This document shows, one piece after another, positions 30,951-41,037 of a DNA stretch of 58,982 bases. Source of the stretch: an uncultured Gammaproteobacteria bacterium (lineage in GTDB: Bacteria > Pseudomonadota > Gammaproteobacteria > Steroidobacterales > Rariloculaceae); NCBI GenBank assembly GCA_964466315.1, contig CAYXNS010000001.1:81111-140092 (forward strand). Reading direction: 5' to 3'. A model generated the notes under the pieces. It did no database searches, had not been told where the DNA came from, and worked only from the letters and a program-made list of their open reading frames with translations. How positions within the stretch are numbered: position 1 is the stretch's first letter; every line of letters starts with the position of its first letter. The position numbers and the translations under genes were made by a program.

Positions 30951-33155
30951 CTAGTACAGGTTGGCGCCCTCTCTAAGAATCTTCGGCGTCACGAAGATCA
31001 GAAGCTCCGCCTGGTTATTCACCGTGACCGTCGAGCGGAATAGATAGCCGAGCCCTGGTATGTCGCCCAGAACCGGCACCTTATTGATCGTCTCGCGTTC
31101 TTCGGTCTCGAAAATGCCGCCGAGTACCACGGTCTGTCCGTCGTCGACGAGCACCGTCGTGATCACGGAACGCGTATCGATGCTGGGTACGAAGCCACCC
31201 GTGGCGCTGGCTACGAGCTCGCCTACCGAGTCCTTCGTGACGAATATGTCCATGATGATGCTATCGTCAGGCGTCACCTGCGGTGTAACTGTCAAGCTCA
31301 GGACGGCTTCCTTGAACTGCGTCGTCGTCGCGCCACTCGAGGAGGACTCTTGATACGGAACCTCGACGCCCTGCTCGATGCGACCCTCTTTCTGATTGGC
31401 TGTGATGATATGGGGTGTCGAGAGTATCTGTCCGTCACCTTCGGCCTCCAAAGCCGATAACTCGAGATCGACGAGAAAGTCGGAGTCGAGTATGGCCAAA
31501 GCAAACTGCCCCGCCGGCGCCGCTACCGGGAGATTGACGTTGTATCGCTGATCGATAGGCGGCGTCGTCACCGGGAACGGTGTGCCGGTGTTGTTGATGT
31601 TCGCGATGCCCGACTGCGCGATGATGTCGGAGCCCGTACTCGTGCCCGTGAACGACACTAGGCCGTCATTCGACCTGTCGTTGACCACTGTCGCACCGAA
31701 GCGCACGCCCAGGTCGCGGCTGTAGTCGTCGTTGACGATAACGATTCGTGACTCGATCAAAACTTGTGGAACACGAACGTCCAGCGTAGTGACTAGCCGG
31801 CGAATGCTCGCCAGTCTCTCCGAGGTGTCCTGAACCAGCAGCGTATTAGTCCTCTCGTCGATCGCGACGCTGCCGCGGTCGGAGATCAGCGGATTCGATC
31901 CGCCCCCACTGACCAGAGCCGCCAGATCACTGGCCTTCGCGTAGTTCACCTGTATGAATTCCGAACGCAGAGGCTCAAGCGTTTGCAGTTCCTGGATGGC
32001 TTCGAGTTCGGCGCGCTCTCTCGCCGCGATCTCTTCGGCGGGCGCGACGATGATGACGCTGCCGTTGCGCCGCATGTCGAGCCCCTTCGTCGTGAGGAGA
32101 ATATCGAGCGCTTGATCCCAAGGCACGTTTTGCAATCGCAGTGTCACGTTACCCTGGACCGTATCGCTGACGACAATGTTGAGCTCGCTCGTGTCTGCAA
32201 GGAGCTGCAGCACGGCCCGCGTCTCGATGTCCTGGAAGTTCAACGTCAGGCGCTCGCCCGAGTATTCTCGGTTCTCATTGAAGATGCCGATTGGCTGCTC
32301 GACTTCGACGGGAATTTGGAACTCGAGTGTGAAGAGATTGTCGGTCTGGTACGCGACCTGCTCGAAGGGTGAACTTGTGGTAATGACGAGTCGTGCATCG
32401 GCATTGACGCGCAGGGCGTCGACGGTGGTGACCGGCGTCGCGAAGTCGGTAACGTCGAGACGCCGCAATAGCGCGTCCGGCAGGCCCGTGTCCAGGAAGT
32501 CGACGATGATACGTCCGGCTTCCTCTCGAACGTCGACGGTCGTGCGTGGATCGCCGAGTTGCACTGCTACCTGTCCGGCGCCATTCGAGCCGCGGCGGAA
32601 ATCGATATTCGTGATGCCGCGATCAGCGGCTCCAGAGATAGCCTGCGTCGACCCTGGCGAAACGGGCTGTGCGGCAAAGGACGGGCTAGGCGCTGCGCCG
32701 GCCTGCTGCCCGAGTGTGATATAGACGCTGTCGTCGACCGTTCGCGTCTCGTACGGCACCATGGTGTTCATATTGAGGACGACGCGAGTGCGGCCGTTCG
32801 CCTCGGCTGCCAGCACGGTCGCAAGGGGGCCGAGATTGACGTCCTGCCGACGTGCCTCGAGCCCGAGAACCGTACCCGGCAGATCCAGCGCTATCCTGGC
32901 CGGGTCGTCGATCGTAAAACTCAACGGTTCCGGCGCGGCTTCGCTCATGCGCAGGCGTAACTCGAGGGCCTGACCCGGGAGCGACTGAACGTCGATAGCT
33001 TCGAGCTGACGAGAGATGTCTTCTTGCGCTCGAAGAGGCATTGACGCGCAGAGGGCTAAGGCGATCCACATCACTGTCACCGCTCCTTGGTGAAGTCTCG
33101 TAGAGACATACCCTTTCTGGCTGGGCGCTGGTGTGTGCATAAGGTTTACTCCCAT
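30951..33155 (-). CDS. pilQ: Type IV pilus secretin
   Basis: AMIN-like N-terminus, YSGERLTLNFQDIE.RAVLQ, VPWDQALD, QVLIESRIV, KVPVLGDIP.LG.LF, ELLIFVTPKI. Confidence 0.97.
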   Translation of the reverse strand: MGVNLMHTPAPSQKGYVSTRLHQGAVTVMWIALALCASMPLRAQEDISRQLEAIDVQSLPGQALELRLRMSEAAPEPLSFTIDDPARIALDLPGTVLGLEARRQDVNLGPLATVLAAEANGRTRVVLNMNTMVPYETRTVDDSVYITLGQQAGAAPSPSFAAQPVSPGSTQAISGAADRGITNIDFRRGSNGAGQVAVQLGDPRTTVDVREEAGRIIVDFLDTGLPDALLRRLDVTDFATPVTTVDALRVNADARLVITTSSPFEQVAYQTDNLFTLEFQIPVEVEQPIGIFNENREYSGERLTLNFQDIETRAVLQLLADTSELNIVVSDTVQGNVTLRLQNVPWDQALDILLTTKGLDMRRNGSVIIVAPAEEIAARERAELEAIQELQTLEPLRSEFIQVNYAKASDLAALVSGGGSNPLISDRGSVAIDERTNTLLVQDTSERLASIRRLVTTLDVRVPQVLIESRIVIVNDDYSRDLGVRFGATVVNDRSNDGLVSFTGTSTGSDIIAQSGIANINNTGTPFPVTTPPIDQRYNVNLPVAAPAGQFALAILDSDFLVDLELSALEAEGDGQILSTPHIITANQKEGRIEQGVEVPYQESSSSGATTTQFKEAVLSLTVTPQVTPDDSIIMDIFVTKDSVGELVASATGGFVPSIDTRSVITTVLVDDGQTVVLGGIFETEERETINKVPVLGDIPGLGYLFRSTVTVNNQAELLIFVTPKILREGANLY

Positions 33156-33171
33156 TACGTTCCCTGGGGCG

Positions 33172-33705
33172 TTAGTCGCTCAGACCGATGGCCGCGGGGC
33201 GTTCCAGGTAGCCGCCGATACTATCGGAAATAATCTCCACGAGCACGATCTCGGAGTCCGAGATTGATGTGACTCGGCCATAGTTCTGTCCCAGGTAGTG
33301 CCCGACCGCGACTCGATAGATCAAGCTATCTGAGGTCTGTACCAAACCGAAGGAATCGCCGCGGGCGTCGAGTGTTCCGACCATTCGCAGCGTGTCCAGG
33401 GGGAACTGCTCGAGAAACTCCCGCGGTCGATTGGGATCCGGCCCCTGGATAGCATCCGGATTGCTGCTTGCGCGAGTCTGTGGCGTCTCAGGCATGAAAG
33501 GCGAGCGCCTCTCGCCGGGTTCGTAGGCATAACTCGGTGCCGGTACGACTTGTGGTAACGGTGCGATGATGCCGCCGGGGCGGGCTTTCACCTCATCGAT
33601 ATAGACCTGCAGATCATCCATATCGGCGCTGCATGCGCCGAGCCCCGACGCGGCGATGGCAACGGCGAGCAGGTGCCGGACATTTTTGCGCTGGGCAGCC
33701 ATCAT
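33172..33705 (-). CDS. pilP: Type IV pilus assembly lipoprotein
   Basis: Lipobox LGAC, RSPF, REFLEQFPLDTLRMVGTL, YLGQNYG. Confidence 0.94.
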   Translation of the reverse strand: MMAAQRKNVRHLLAVAIAASGLGACSADMDDLQVYIDEVKARPGGIIAPLPQVVPAPSYAYEPGERRSPFMPETPQTRASSNPDAIQGPDPNRPREFLEQFPLDTLRMVGTLDARGDSFGLVQTSDSLIYRVAVGHYLGQNYGRVTSISDSEIVLVEIISDSIGGYLERPAAIGLSD

Positions 33706-34307
33706 CCCTCCGTCGGATCTTCATCCAGGTAGCGGTAGGTCTTGGCCGTAACGTCGAGTGTCAGCTCGTCGAGCGCGTCCGGCGTCAACGGGCGAATGTT
33801 GATGTCGTGTAACGTGACGATACGCGGTAATGCGGCGATGCCACTAACGAAGTTACCGAGTTCGTGGTAGCTGCCCGACAAGCGAATCCTGATCGGCAGT
33901 TCCGCGTAGAACTCTCGCCTAATCTCTCCCATGGGCTGGAAGAGCTGCTCCTCGAGTCCGGCGCCCAACCCTGTCTGGGAGATGTCCACGAGCAGGTTTG
34001 GAACCTCGGTACGTCCCGGTAGCTGACGAAGCATGGCACCGAAAGAACGCTCTATCTCGGCGAGCTGGGAGCGATAGGCATCGAAGTTCGCGGCCTTGGT
34101 CTGCCGCTCTTCGAACGTTGCGCGCAGCTCCTGCTCCTCAAGTTCCACTCTCTCGAGCAGCGGTATCTCCGAGTTGATGACGAAAAAATAGATGCTGAGC
34201 GTGCCAACGGCGACGAACACGACAACGACCGAGATCAGCCTGACAAGCAGCGGCCATCGACCGGGATCGCTCGTGTCCAGTGATTGAAGTTCTTCGATGA
34301 TGTTCAT
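33702..34307 (-). CDS. pilO: Type IV pilus assembly protein
   Basis: GRWP, LRQLP..TEVPNLL.DI, FYAELPI, LPRIVTLH, AKTYRY. Confidence 0.95.
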   Translation of the reverse strand: MNIIEELQSLDTSDPGRWPLLVRLISVVVVFVAVGTLSIYFFVINSEIPLLERVELEEQELRATFEERQTKAANFDAYRSQLAEIERSFGAMLRQLPGRTEVPNLLVDISQTGLGAGLEEQLFQPMGEIRREFYAELPIRIRLSGSYHELGNFVSGIAALPRIVTLHDINIRPLTPDALDELTLDVTAKTYRYLDEDPTEG

Positions 34308-34885
34308 GGCAGCAGCACTTCGCCCTCTTCATCGCTAATAGAGACCTGCTGGGCGAAAATAGTGAACTCGGCATTACGTGCTGCCCCATCCTCAACCGTC
34401 TCCACGACATCCAGCCCCGGATCTCGAAGCCACTCTGAAGAATCGATGTTGCGCATCAGCGCGGAGACGCGCGTACTCGATTGCGCCGTTCCCGAAATTT
34501 CGATGCGGGCAGCGGCCTGAGTGATTTCGGTCAGAAATACACCTTCCGGCAGTGCGTCGACGAGCTCATCGAACAGATGCACGACCTCGGGTCGAGATCG
34601 TTGCAGTTGCTCGATGATGCCCATACGTGCCAGGAGTCGTTCCTTCTGGTTCTCCAGCCCTAGGATCTCATCGATCTGCCTGTCGAGCTCGGTGATCTCC
34701 GCCTTTAGAACGTTGTTGCGAGATTCTTGATTCTGGATCCACTGTTGAACCGTAAGTTTGCTGGCGAGCGTAATGAATCCGGCAATGAGAACGGCACCGC
34801 CCAGCGCCATCAGAAAATCTTTCTTGCATTTCTGGCGCAGTTCTTCGCGCCACGGTAAGAGATTGATTTTTGGCATGTCAGTCAA
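34304..34885 (-). CDS. pilN: Type IV pilus assembly protein
   Basis: INLLPWREE, LQRSRPEVVHLFDEL, RVSALMRNI; start may be ATG 34876. Confidence 0.95.
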   Translation of the reverse strand: MTDMPKINLLPWREELRQKCKKDFLMALGGAVLIAGFITLASKLTVQQWIQNQESRNNVLKAEITELDRQIDEILGLENQKERLLARMGIIEQLQRSRPEVVHLFDELVDALPEGVFLTEITQAAARIEISGTAQSSTRVSALMRNIDSSEWLRDPGLDVVETVEDGAARNAEFTIFAQQVSISDEEGEVLLP

Positions 34886-35939
34886 AACTCCTCAACGCTA
34901 AACCACACGCTGTCAAAAGCGCCGTCGCATCGCTGCGTATGCCCTGAGCCTTCGCTTTCGTTGACAACTTCATCTGCCCCAGCGGATCGCCGATCTCGGT
35001 GGGGATACCGACTCGGCTGCTGATCACGTCGGCAACGCCGGGAATGTTGGCGCAACCACCGCACACGAGAATCTGATCGGGTTGCTCGCGGTCGCTGCCC
35101 GACGCGAGAAAGAACTGCAGCGAGCGGCTGACCTGCTGCGACATATCGTCGATAAACGGGTCGAGCACTTCGGGTTGATAGTTACTCGGCAGGCCGCCTT
35201 CCTTCTTCGCACGCCCGGCATCCTCGACCGACAACCCATAAGTCCGCATGATCTCTTCGGTGAGCTGCTGTCCGCCGAACGCAAAATCGCGCGTGTAGAT
35301 GACTTTGAGGTCCTTGAGCACGCTGAACGTCGTCGAGCTCGCGCCGAAATCCATGATGGCGATGAACTTGCCCTCGCCGTTATCGACCATCTGATGCGCG
35401 AGTAGCTGGCAGGCGTTCTCTACGGCGAAAGCTTCGACGTCCACCACGCTCGCGTCCATGCCCGCGGACTCGACTGCGACCTGACGTTGATCGACGTTCT
35501 CGGTTCGGGTTGCGACGAGCAGGATGTCTTGCATGTCCGGGTCACGCTCGCTCTCGCCGATGACCTCGAAATCGAAGCTGACCTCTTCTATCGGAAACGG
35601 GATGTACTGATCGGCCTGGAGTTCGACCTGGCCCTCGAGATCGCTGTCGGTTAGATTACTCGGCATCTGAATGACTTTAGTAATGACGGCGTCGCCGCTG
35701 ATCGCGAAGGCGACGTCTCTGACCTTCGTACCGGAACGCTTCACCGCACGGCGGATCACCTCGCCGACGGCCTCGGCGTCGACGATCGCCTTTTCGTTGA
35801 TCGCATTGGGCGGCGTCGGCTCGGCAGCATAGGATTCGACCCGGTATTCCTGGCCGTTCTGGTTCAGCTCGATCAACTTGATCGAGGAGGTCGTAATATC
35901 CAGCCCGATAAGGACCTTGGTCACCCGGCTTCCGAACAC
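34878..35939 (-). CDS. pilM: Type IV pilus assembly protein (actin-like)
   Basis: IGLDI, QYIPFPIEEV.FDF, VDVEAFA, DFGA, ACGLALRSFD; start GTG 35939 after GGAAAGGA. Confidence 0.95.
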   Translation of the reverse strand: MFGSRVTKVLIGLDITTSSIKLIELNQNGQEYRVESYAAEPTPPNAINEKAIVDAEAVGEVIRRAVKRSGTKVRDVAFAISGDAVITKVIQMPSNLTDSDLEGQVELQADQYIPFPIEEVSFDFEVIGESERDPDMQDILLVATRTENVDQRQVAVESAGMDASVVDVEAFAVENACQLLAHQMVDNGEGKFIAIMDFGASSTTFSVLKDLKVIYTRDFAFGGQQLTEEIMRTYGLSVEDAGRAKKEGGLPSNYQPEVLDPFIDDMSQQVSRSLQFFLASGSDREQPDQILVCGGCANIPGVADVISSRVGIPTEIGDPLGQMKLSTKAKAQGIRSDATALLTACGLALRSFD

Positions 35940-36003
35940 CTGTTTTCCTTTCCAACTCCGAGGGTTGGGGTACAATCCTAATATTCTGTCAAGTTATCCA
36001 ATT

Positions 36004-36035
36004 TAACTATATATCAGGCAAGAGATACATAGTTA
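36004..36035. promoter_or_regulatory. AT-rich inverted repeat upstream of pilM, candidate operator
   Basis: TAACTATATATC-N8-GATACATAGTTA, arms 11/12 complementary. Confidence 0.45.
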
Positions 36036-36355
36036 TGACCGAATTCACGACCCCGGCCGTGTATCGGGTTACCTGCTCCGGCAGGCCCAGCGGCGAGGAA
36101 TCCGGGCGCTTTCGGGCCGTGATTCGGTTTCGAAAGGGGGCGTGCTCGTGGCCTGGACGGGCGGTGGACAAGGGCGGCTGGCGAAGCGGTCTTCTCCTGC
36201 TCCGGCAGCCCCGCTATCCTAGGCGGGCCTTGTGGATAAAGGCCCGGCCCGTAGACCGGTGGCTTTGCGTCCCTATCTTTCGATGGGTTTGCCTACTCCG
36301 GCGACTATGCGCAAAGGCACGGTCGTAGGCAAGGAAGTAGAATGCACCTTCGGCG

Positions 36356-38917
36356 ATGAGAAAATACCTAAGAATTGCGGCGATTATTTCGGTTTACGGC
36401 GTAACCGGGATCGTGGCCTTGGGCGGGCTTTTTGCGGGCGGTTACTACTACGTCGCGCCCACACTGCCGCAGGCCGAGGAGCTGCGCGACATCAGGCTCC
36501 AGATCCCGCTTTCCGTCTACAGCCGGGACGGGCGGCTCATGGCGCTGTTTGGCGAGAAGCAGCGTACCCCAGCGAGATTCGAGGATGTCCCACCGGTCCT
36601 CGTGCAGGCCGTATTGGCGGCCGAGGACGACCGTTTCTTCGACCATCCAGGCTTCGATTATCAGGGCTATATGCGTGCCGGGCTCAATTTTCTGCTCTCG
36701 GGCGGTGACCGCAGCCAGGGCGGCAGCACGATCACGATCCAGGTTGCGAGGATGTACTTTCTCAATAGGGACAAGACTTTTGTTCGTAAATTCAAAGAGT
36801 TAATTCTTGCTACCCGTATCGAGCGAGAGTTCTCCAAGCAGGAGATCCTCGAGCTCTATCTCAATACGACGTTCTTTGGCCAGCACGCCTACGGTGTCGT
36901 GGCTGCCGCGCGGATCTATTTCGGCAAGGAGCTTCACGAACTCACGGTCGCCGAGGCGGCGATCATCGGCGGCATCCCTCAGGGACCTTCGATCCTGAAT
37001 CCCTACAACAACCCCGAAGCTGCCGCACAGCGCAGAACCTACGTGCTGCGTCGCATGCGCGAACTCGGCTTCATCTCCGAGACTGAATATCACACGGCGA
37101 TGACAACACCCGTCGAGAGCAGGGTCTATGGACCGCAGCTCGAACTCGGGGCCCCCTACGTTGCCGAGATGGTCAGGGCGGAGCTCATCCGGCGACTCGG
37201 GCCAGCGGCTTACGAGGCCGGCCTCAAGGTGACGACGACGATAGACAGCCGGCTGCAGCGCACGGCGCAAAGGGCGCTCCGTAATGGCTTGATCGGCTAC
37301 GACGAGCGCCACGGTTATCGTGGGCCGGTCGCCCAGGTCGAGCTGGCCGAGTTCTCGCCCGAAGCTGCGGTGTCCCAGGCAGATGGCTGGGAGGCCCTGC
37401 TCAGCGATTACACGGACATCACGGGCTTTAAGACCGGGCTCGTGGTCAGCGTCGAGGAGATCGAGCCCGAACCGGGGCCCGTAATCGCGATCGAGGAGTA
37501 TGCGGCGGCACCGGTTGAAGAGGAAGGGCTGGTACTCGAGCCACCGCCGGTTCGCGACCGCGCGCAGGTTTATTTCTCTGACTGGGGCCTTCTGCCCATA
37601 GAGCTCGAATCCGTCGATTGGGCGGCAGCGTTCATCAGCGATGACCTCGTGGACCGAGCACCGGAGAAGGTCGGCGACGTACTCGATCCGGGCGATGTCG
37701 TGCGTTTTCGCTTGTTGGAAGACGGCAGCTTGCGGCTCGCGCAGGTCCCCCAGGTGCAGGGTGCGGTCGTCTCTCTGGATCCCATGGACGGCGCCGTCAC
37801 GGCGCTCGTGGGGGGTTTCGACTTCTACCTCAGCAATTATAATCGCGCGACCCAGTCCCAACGTCAGCCGGGCTCGTCCTTCAAACCATTCGTCTACTCT
37901 GCCGCGCTGGAAAACGGCTTCACGGTAGCGACCATCGTCAATGATGCGCCCATTGTCGAAGCCAGCCCGGAGCTCGAGGCTGAGTGGCGTCCCGGTAACT
38001 ATTCCGGTGTCTTCAGCGGCCCGACCCGGCTGCGCGAGGCCCTCGTGAAATCGCTGAACCTCGTATCCGTCAGAGTCATTCAACGGGTGGGTATCGGCGC
38101 GACGGTCCAGCATCTGGAGTCCTTCGGCTTCGACGATACGGCGTTGCCGGCAAACGCGACGCTCGCACTCGGCGCAGGTGGCGTGGCACCGCTGAGTCTC
38201 GTCGACGGCTACGCCGTTTTCGCGAACGGCGGTTACAAGGTCGATGCGTATTTGATCGATCGCATCGAAGATATCGATGGCGATGTGCTGTATGACGCTT
38301 CGCCTAATCTCGTCTGCCAACCCTGTGACGAGCTGGATTTCGAGGCGCCGGTGATCCCGATGCTCGTCGGGAGCCCGATCGAGCTGTACCCGAAGACTCC
38401 GGAGGCCCAACGCATCATCTCGGCGCAGAACGCTTATCTCATCAACGACATGATGCAGGATGTCGTGCGCCGCGGTACGGGACGGGCTGCGTACGCGGCA
38501 CTGAGAAGAGATGATCTCGCCGGCAAGACCGGCACGACCAACGATCGGCGTGACGCCTGGTTCGCCGGGTTCAACGGCGACCTTGTGACAGCGGCCTGGG
38601 TAGGATTCGATCAGGAGCGCTCGCTAGGGCGCTACGAACAGGGTGCGGCCACGGCGCTACCGATGTGGATCGAGTTCATGGACGAAGCGCTGGATGGTGT
38701 GGGCCATCATGCGATGGAGCAGCCGCCGGGGATCGTTGATGTGCGAATCAATCCCGAGAATGGTCTCGTGGCGGCCGCGAATACGGGCAGCATCTTCGAG
38801 AAATTTCGTCTCGATCATATCCCCGACCGGGAGCAGGAACATGAGGAATGGACTCCCGAGATCTTTCTGGGCCAGGGCGAGACTGGAGCCGAGCAAGGCC
38901 AAGAACCACTCTTCTGA
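36356..38917 (+). CDS. mrcA: Penicillin-binding protein 1A
   Basis: TM anchor, AEDDRFFDH, QGGSTIT, RKFKE, SSFK, SLN, KTG; divergent from pilM as is usual. Confidence 0.96.
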   Translation: MRKYLRIAAIISVYGVTGIVALGGLFAGGYYYVAPTLPQAEELRDIRLQIPLSVYSRDGRLMALFGEKQRTPARFEDVPPVLVQAVLAAEDDRFFDHPGFDYQGYMRAGLNFLLSGGDRSQGGSTITIQVARMYFLNRDKTFVRKFKELILATRIEREFSKQEILELYLNTTFFGQHAYGVVAAARIYFGKELHELTVAEAAIIGGIPQGPSILNPYNNPEAAAQRRTYVLRRMRELGFISETEYHTAMTTPVESRVYGPQLELGAPYVAEMVRAELIRRLGPAAYEAGLKVTTTIDSRLQRTAQRALRNGLIGYDERHGYRGPVAQVELAEFSPEAAVSQADGWEALLSDYTDITGFKTGLVVSVEEIEPEPGPVIAIEEYAAAPVEEEGLVLEPPPVRDRAQVYFSDWGLLPIELESVDWAAAFISDDLVDRAPEKVGDVLDPGDVVRFRLLEDGSLRLAQVPQVQGAVVSLDPMDGAVTALVGGFDFYLSNYNRATQSQRQPGSSFKPFVYSAALENGFTVATIVNDAPIVEASPELEAEWRPGNYSGVFSGPTRLREALVKSLNLVSVRVIQRVGIGATVQHLESFGFDDTALPANATLALGAGGVAPLSLVDGYAVFANGGYKVDAYLIDRIEDIDGDVLYDASPNLVCQPCDELDFEAPVIPMLVGSPIELYPKTPEAQRIISAQNAYLINDMMQDVVRRGTGRAAYAALRRDDLAGKTGTTNDRRDAWFAGFNGDLVTAAWVGFDQERSLGRYEQGAATALPMWIEFMDEALDGVGHHAMEQPPGIVDVRINPENGLVAAANTGSIFEKFRLDHIPDREQEHEEWTPEIFLGQGETGAEQGQEPLF

Positions 38918-38935
38918 CGAGCGTACGAGCTAGAT

Positions 38936-39556
38936 ATGGGGGCTAAACGCGGACCGGGTACCGAAGCGTTACGCGAACAGCTCGCACAGGAGGCCGCACG
39001 CCTCATCGTCGATCACGGCATATACGACTACGGCCAGGCAAAGCGCAAGGCGGCGCTGCGCTTCGGCGTTCGTGAAGCCAGCGCACTACCGAGTAACTCT
39101 GAGATCGAGTCGAGCGTCATCGAGCGTCAGCGTATCTTCGAGCCGGAGGTGCACGAGTGGCGGCTCGCGGCCATGCGCAGGTTAGCAACCGAGATCATGG
39201 AGTTTCTCGCCGAATTCCAACCGCGCCTCGTCGGCCCCGTGTTGGCAGGAACCGTGACAGAGAATTCGCCGCTGGAGTTGCACGTTTTCACAGACTCTCC
39301 TGAGGCGGTATTGACTGAACTCGAGGTGAAGGGCATAGGGAGCCGCAATTGTCAGCGCCGCTACCGTTTCAACGGTCAGGAGCTGTCCATCGTGCCGGGA
39401 TTCAACTTCAATAGGGGCGGCGAGCGCGTTTACGTCATCATTTTCCCGGAGAAGGGCGTGCGCCAGGCACCGCTCAGCCCTATAGACCGGCGGCCCATGC
39501 AGCGCGCGAGCAGGCGCCGCGTTCTGGCGTTACTCGATCAACAAGCGGTTGGTTAA
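38936..39556 (+). CDS. Conserved hypothetical protein, nucleotidyltransferase-like fold
   Basis: AQEAARL...AKRKAA...LPSN.EIE, F.PRLVG.VL.GT...LHVF.D.PE; occupies the ponA-gltA gap. Confidence 0.75.
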   Translation: MGAKRGPGTEALREQLAQEAARLIVDHGIYDYGQAKRKAALRFGVREASALPSNSEIESSVIERQRIFEPEVHEWRLAAMRRLATEIMEFLAEFQPRLVGPVLAGTVTENSPLELHVFTDSPEAVLTELEVKGIGSRNCQRRYRFNGQELSIVPGFNFNRGGERVYVIIFPEKGVRQAPLSPIDRRPMQRASRRRVLALLDQQAVG

Positions 39557-40851
39557 CCGCGATCGCTAACGGGGACATAGTCCCGCTGGCCGGGGCCGTT
39601 ATAGAGCTGTCGCGGGCGGCCTATGCGCGAGGTCGGATCCGCAACCATCTCGCGCCAGTGCGTCACCCAGCCCACGCAACGGGCGATTGCGAACATCACC
39701 GTGAACATCGACTTCGGGATACCTAACGCCTGGTAGATGATGCCCGAATAGAAATCGACGTTTGGGTAGAGATTCTTCTCTATGAAGTACTGATCCTTGA
39801 GCGCGATCTCTTCGAGCTTCAGCGCCTTCTCGAACAGCGGCGAATCGTGCTGGCCTAAGCCCTCCAGCACGCGATGGCACATCCTCCGGATAATGGCGGC
39901 TCGTGGGTCGTAGCTCTTGTACACGCGGTGGCCGAACCCCATGAGGCGAAACGGATCGTCCTTGTCTTTTGCCCGCGCGACGTACTCGTTGATGCGATCG
40001 GCGGTGCCGATCTCCTCGAGCATGTTGATCACGGCTTCGTTGGCGCCACCATGTGCTGGGCCCCAGAGTGCAGAGATACCCGCCGCGATGGCCGAGTAGG
40101 GACTCGTACCGGAGCTTCCGGCCATTCGAACCGTCGACGTGCTGCAGTTCTGCTCATGGTCGGCGTGCAGGATGAACAATAGATCCAGGGCTTCCGCCGC
40201 GATCGGGGCGGCCTCGTACTCGTCAGCGGGTACGGCGAAGAACATACTCAGCAGGTTGCCGCAGTAATCCAGATCGTTTTTCGGATAGACGAAGGGTTGG
40301 CCCAGTGTGTGCTTATAGGCGGCGGCTGCGATCGTTGGAATTTTGGCGAGGATCCGGTGAGCGAAGGTGTCGCGATCCTCAGGATCGTGGATATCGGTCG
40401 TATCGTGATAGAAGGCGGAGAGAGAAGCGACTACTCCCGAGACCATGGCCATCGGATGAGCGTCGTTCTGGAAGCCGTTGAAGAAGCGCAGCAACGACTC
40501 GTTGATCATCGTGTGCGTGCAAATAGATTCTTCGAACTCATCGAGCGCGATTTGTGTTGGCAACTCGCCATGGAGCAGCAGGTAGCAGACTTCGAGGTAA
40601 CTCGACTGTTCGGCCAACTGCTCGATCGGATAGCCGCGATACAAGAGCACGCCGGCTTCGCCGTCGATATACGTGACCTGACTCGAACAGCTAGCAGTAG
40701 CGGCATATCCGGGGTCGTAGGTAAATACGCCTTGCTTGCCGTACAGAGATGTTACGTCCAGGACGCTCGGTCCAATGGTGGGATCGTAGCGCCGAAGCTC
40801 GAGTTCTGCACCGGATTCGGGATCGGTCAGGGTGTAGTGCTTATCGGTCAT
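39553..40851 (-). CDS. gltA: Citrate synthase (type II)
   Basis: [54 protein letters not shown]. Confidence 0.98.
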   Translation of the reverse strand: MTDKHYTLTDPESGAELELRRYDPTIGPSVLDVTSLYGKQGVFTYDPGYAATASCSSQVTYIDGEAGVLLYRGYPIEQLAEQSSYLEVCYLLLHGELPTQIALDEFEESICTHTMINESLLRFFNGFQNDAHPMAMVSGVVASLSAFYHDTTDIHDPEDRDTFAHRILAKIPTIAAAAYKHTLGQPFVYPKNDLDYCGNLLSMFFAVPADEYEAAPIAAEALDLLFILHADHEQNCSTSTVRMAGSSGTSPYSAIAAGISALWGPAHGGANEAVINMLEEIGTADRINEYVARAKDKDDPFRLMGFGHRVYKSYDPRAAIIRRMCHRVLEGLGQHDSPLFEKALKLEEIALKDQYFIEKNLYPNVDFYSGIIYQALGIPKSMFTVMFAIARCVGWVTHWREMVADPTSRIGRPRQLYNGPGQRDYVPVSDRG

Positions 40852-40968
40852 ACGCTTGCCGCTGGCTCCTCTAGATTATTCTTGCCGCCCATGGTGATGA
40901 GGGACGGCCTATGGCCTGTCTGCCGCAATTCCCTAGAGTACGAACCCCAGAGGGGCACAAGGACGCCC

Positions 40969-40977
40969 ATTATAGCA
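40969..40977 (-). promoter_or_regulatory. Extended -10 promoter element for gltA
   Basis: Minus strand TGCTATAAT about 118 nt upstream of the gltA ATG. Confidence 0.55.
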
Positions 40978-41037
40978 GCGCAGGGGCCGCCTGAGGGGGC
41001 CGAAGACGAATCCGATGACTGGTCTAGCGGGTCGCTG

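Noticed and set aside
30951-30953. Genome-wide TAG reassignment (e.g. pyrrolysine) to explain the pilQ junction
   Set aside because: TAG ends hslV, ubiE, ubiB, dgt, yicC, gmk and uvrD at their expected C-termini, so it is a normal stop here.
33172-35939. Odd residues in PilN/PilP (e.g. QKCKK, RMGII, DSLIY) as signs of decay
   Set aside because: Judged only from memory of consensus sequences. The frames are intact and this needs an alignment.
36800-38410. 536-aa antisense ORF, and similar long shadow ORFs (3320-4264, 40297-41304, 54193-55179, 27762-28631)
   Set aside because: They lie opposite well-conserved genes, have no recognisable motifs, and are expected from GC-rich codon bias.
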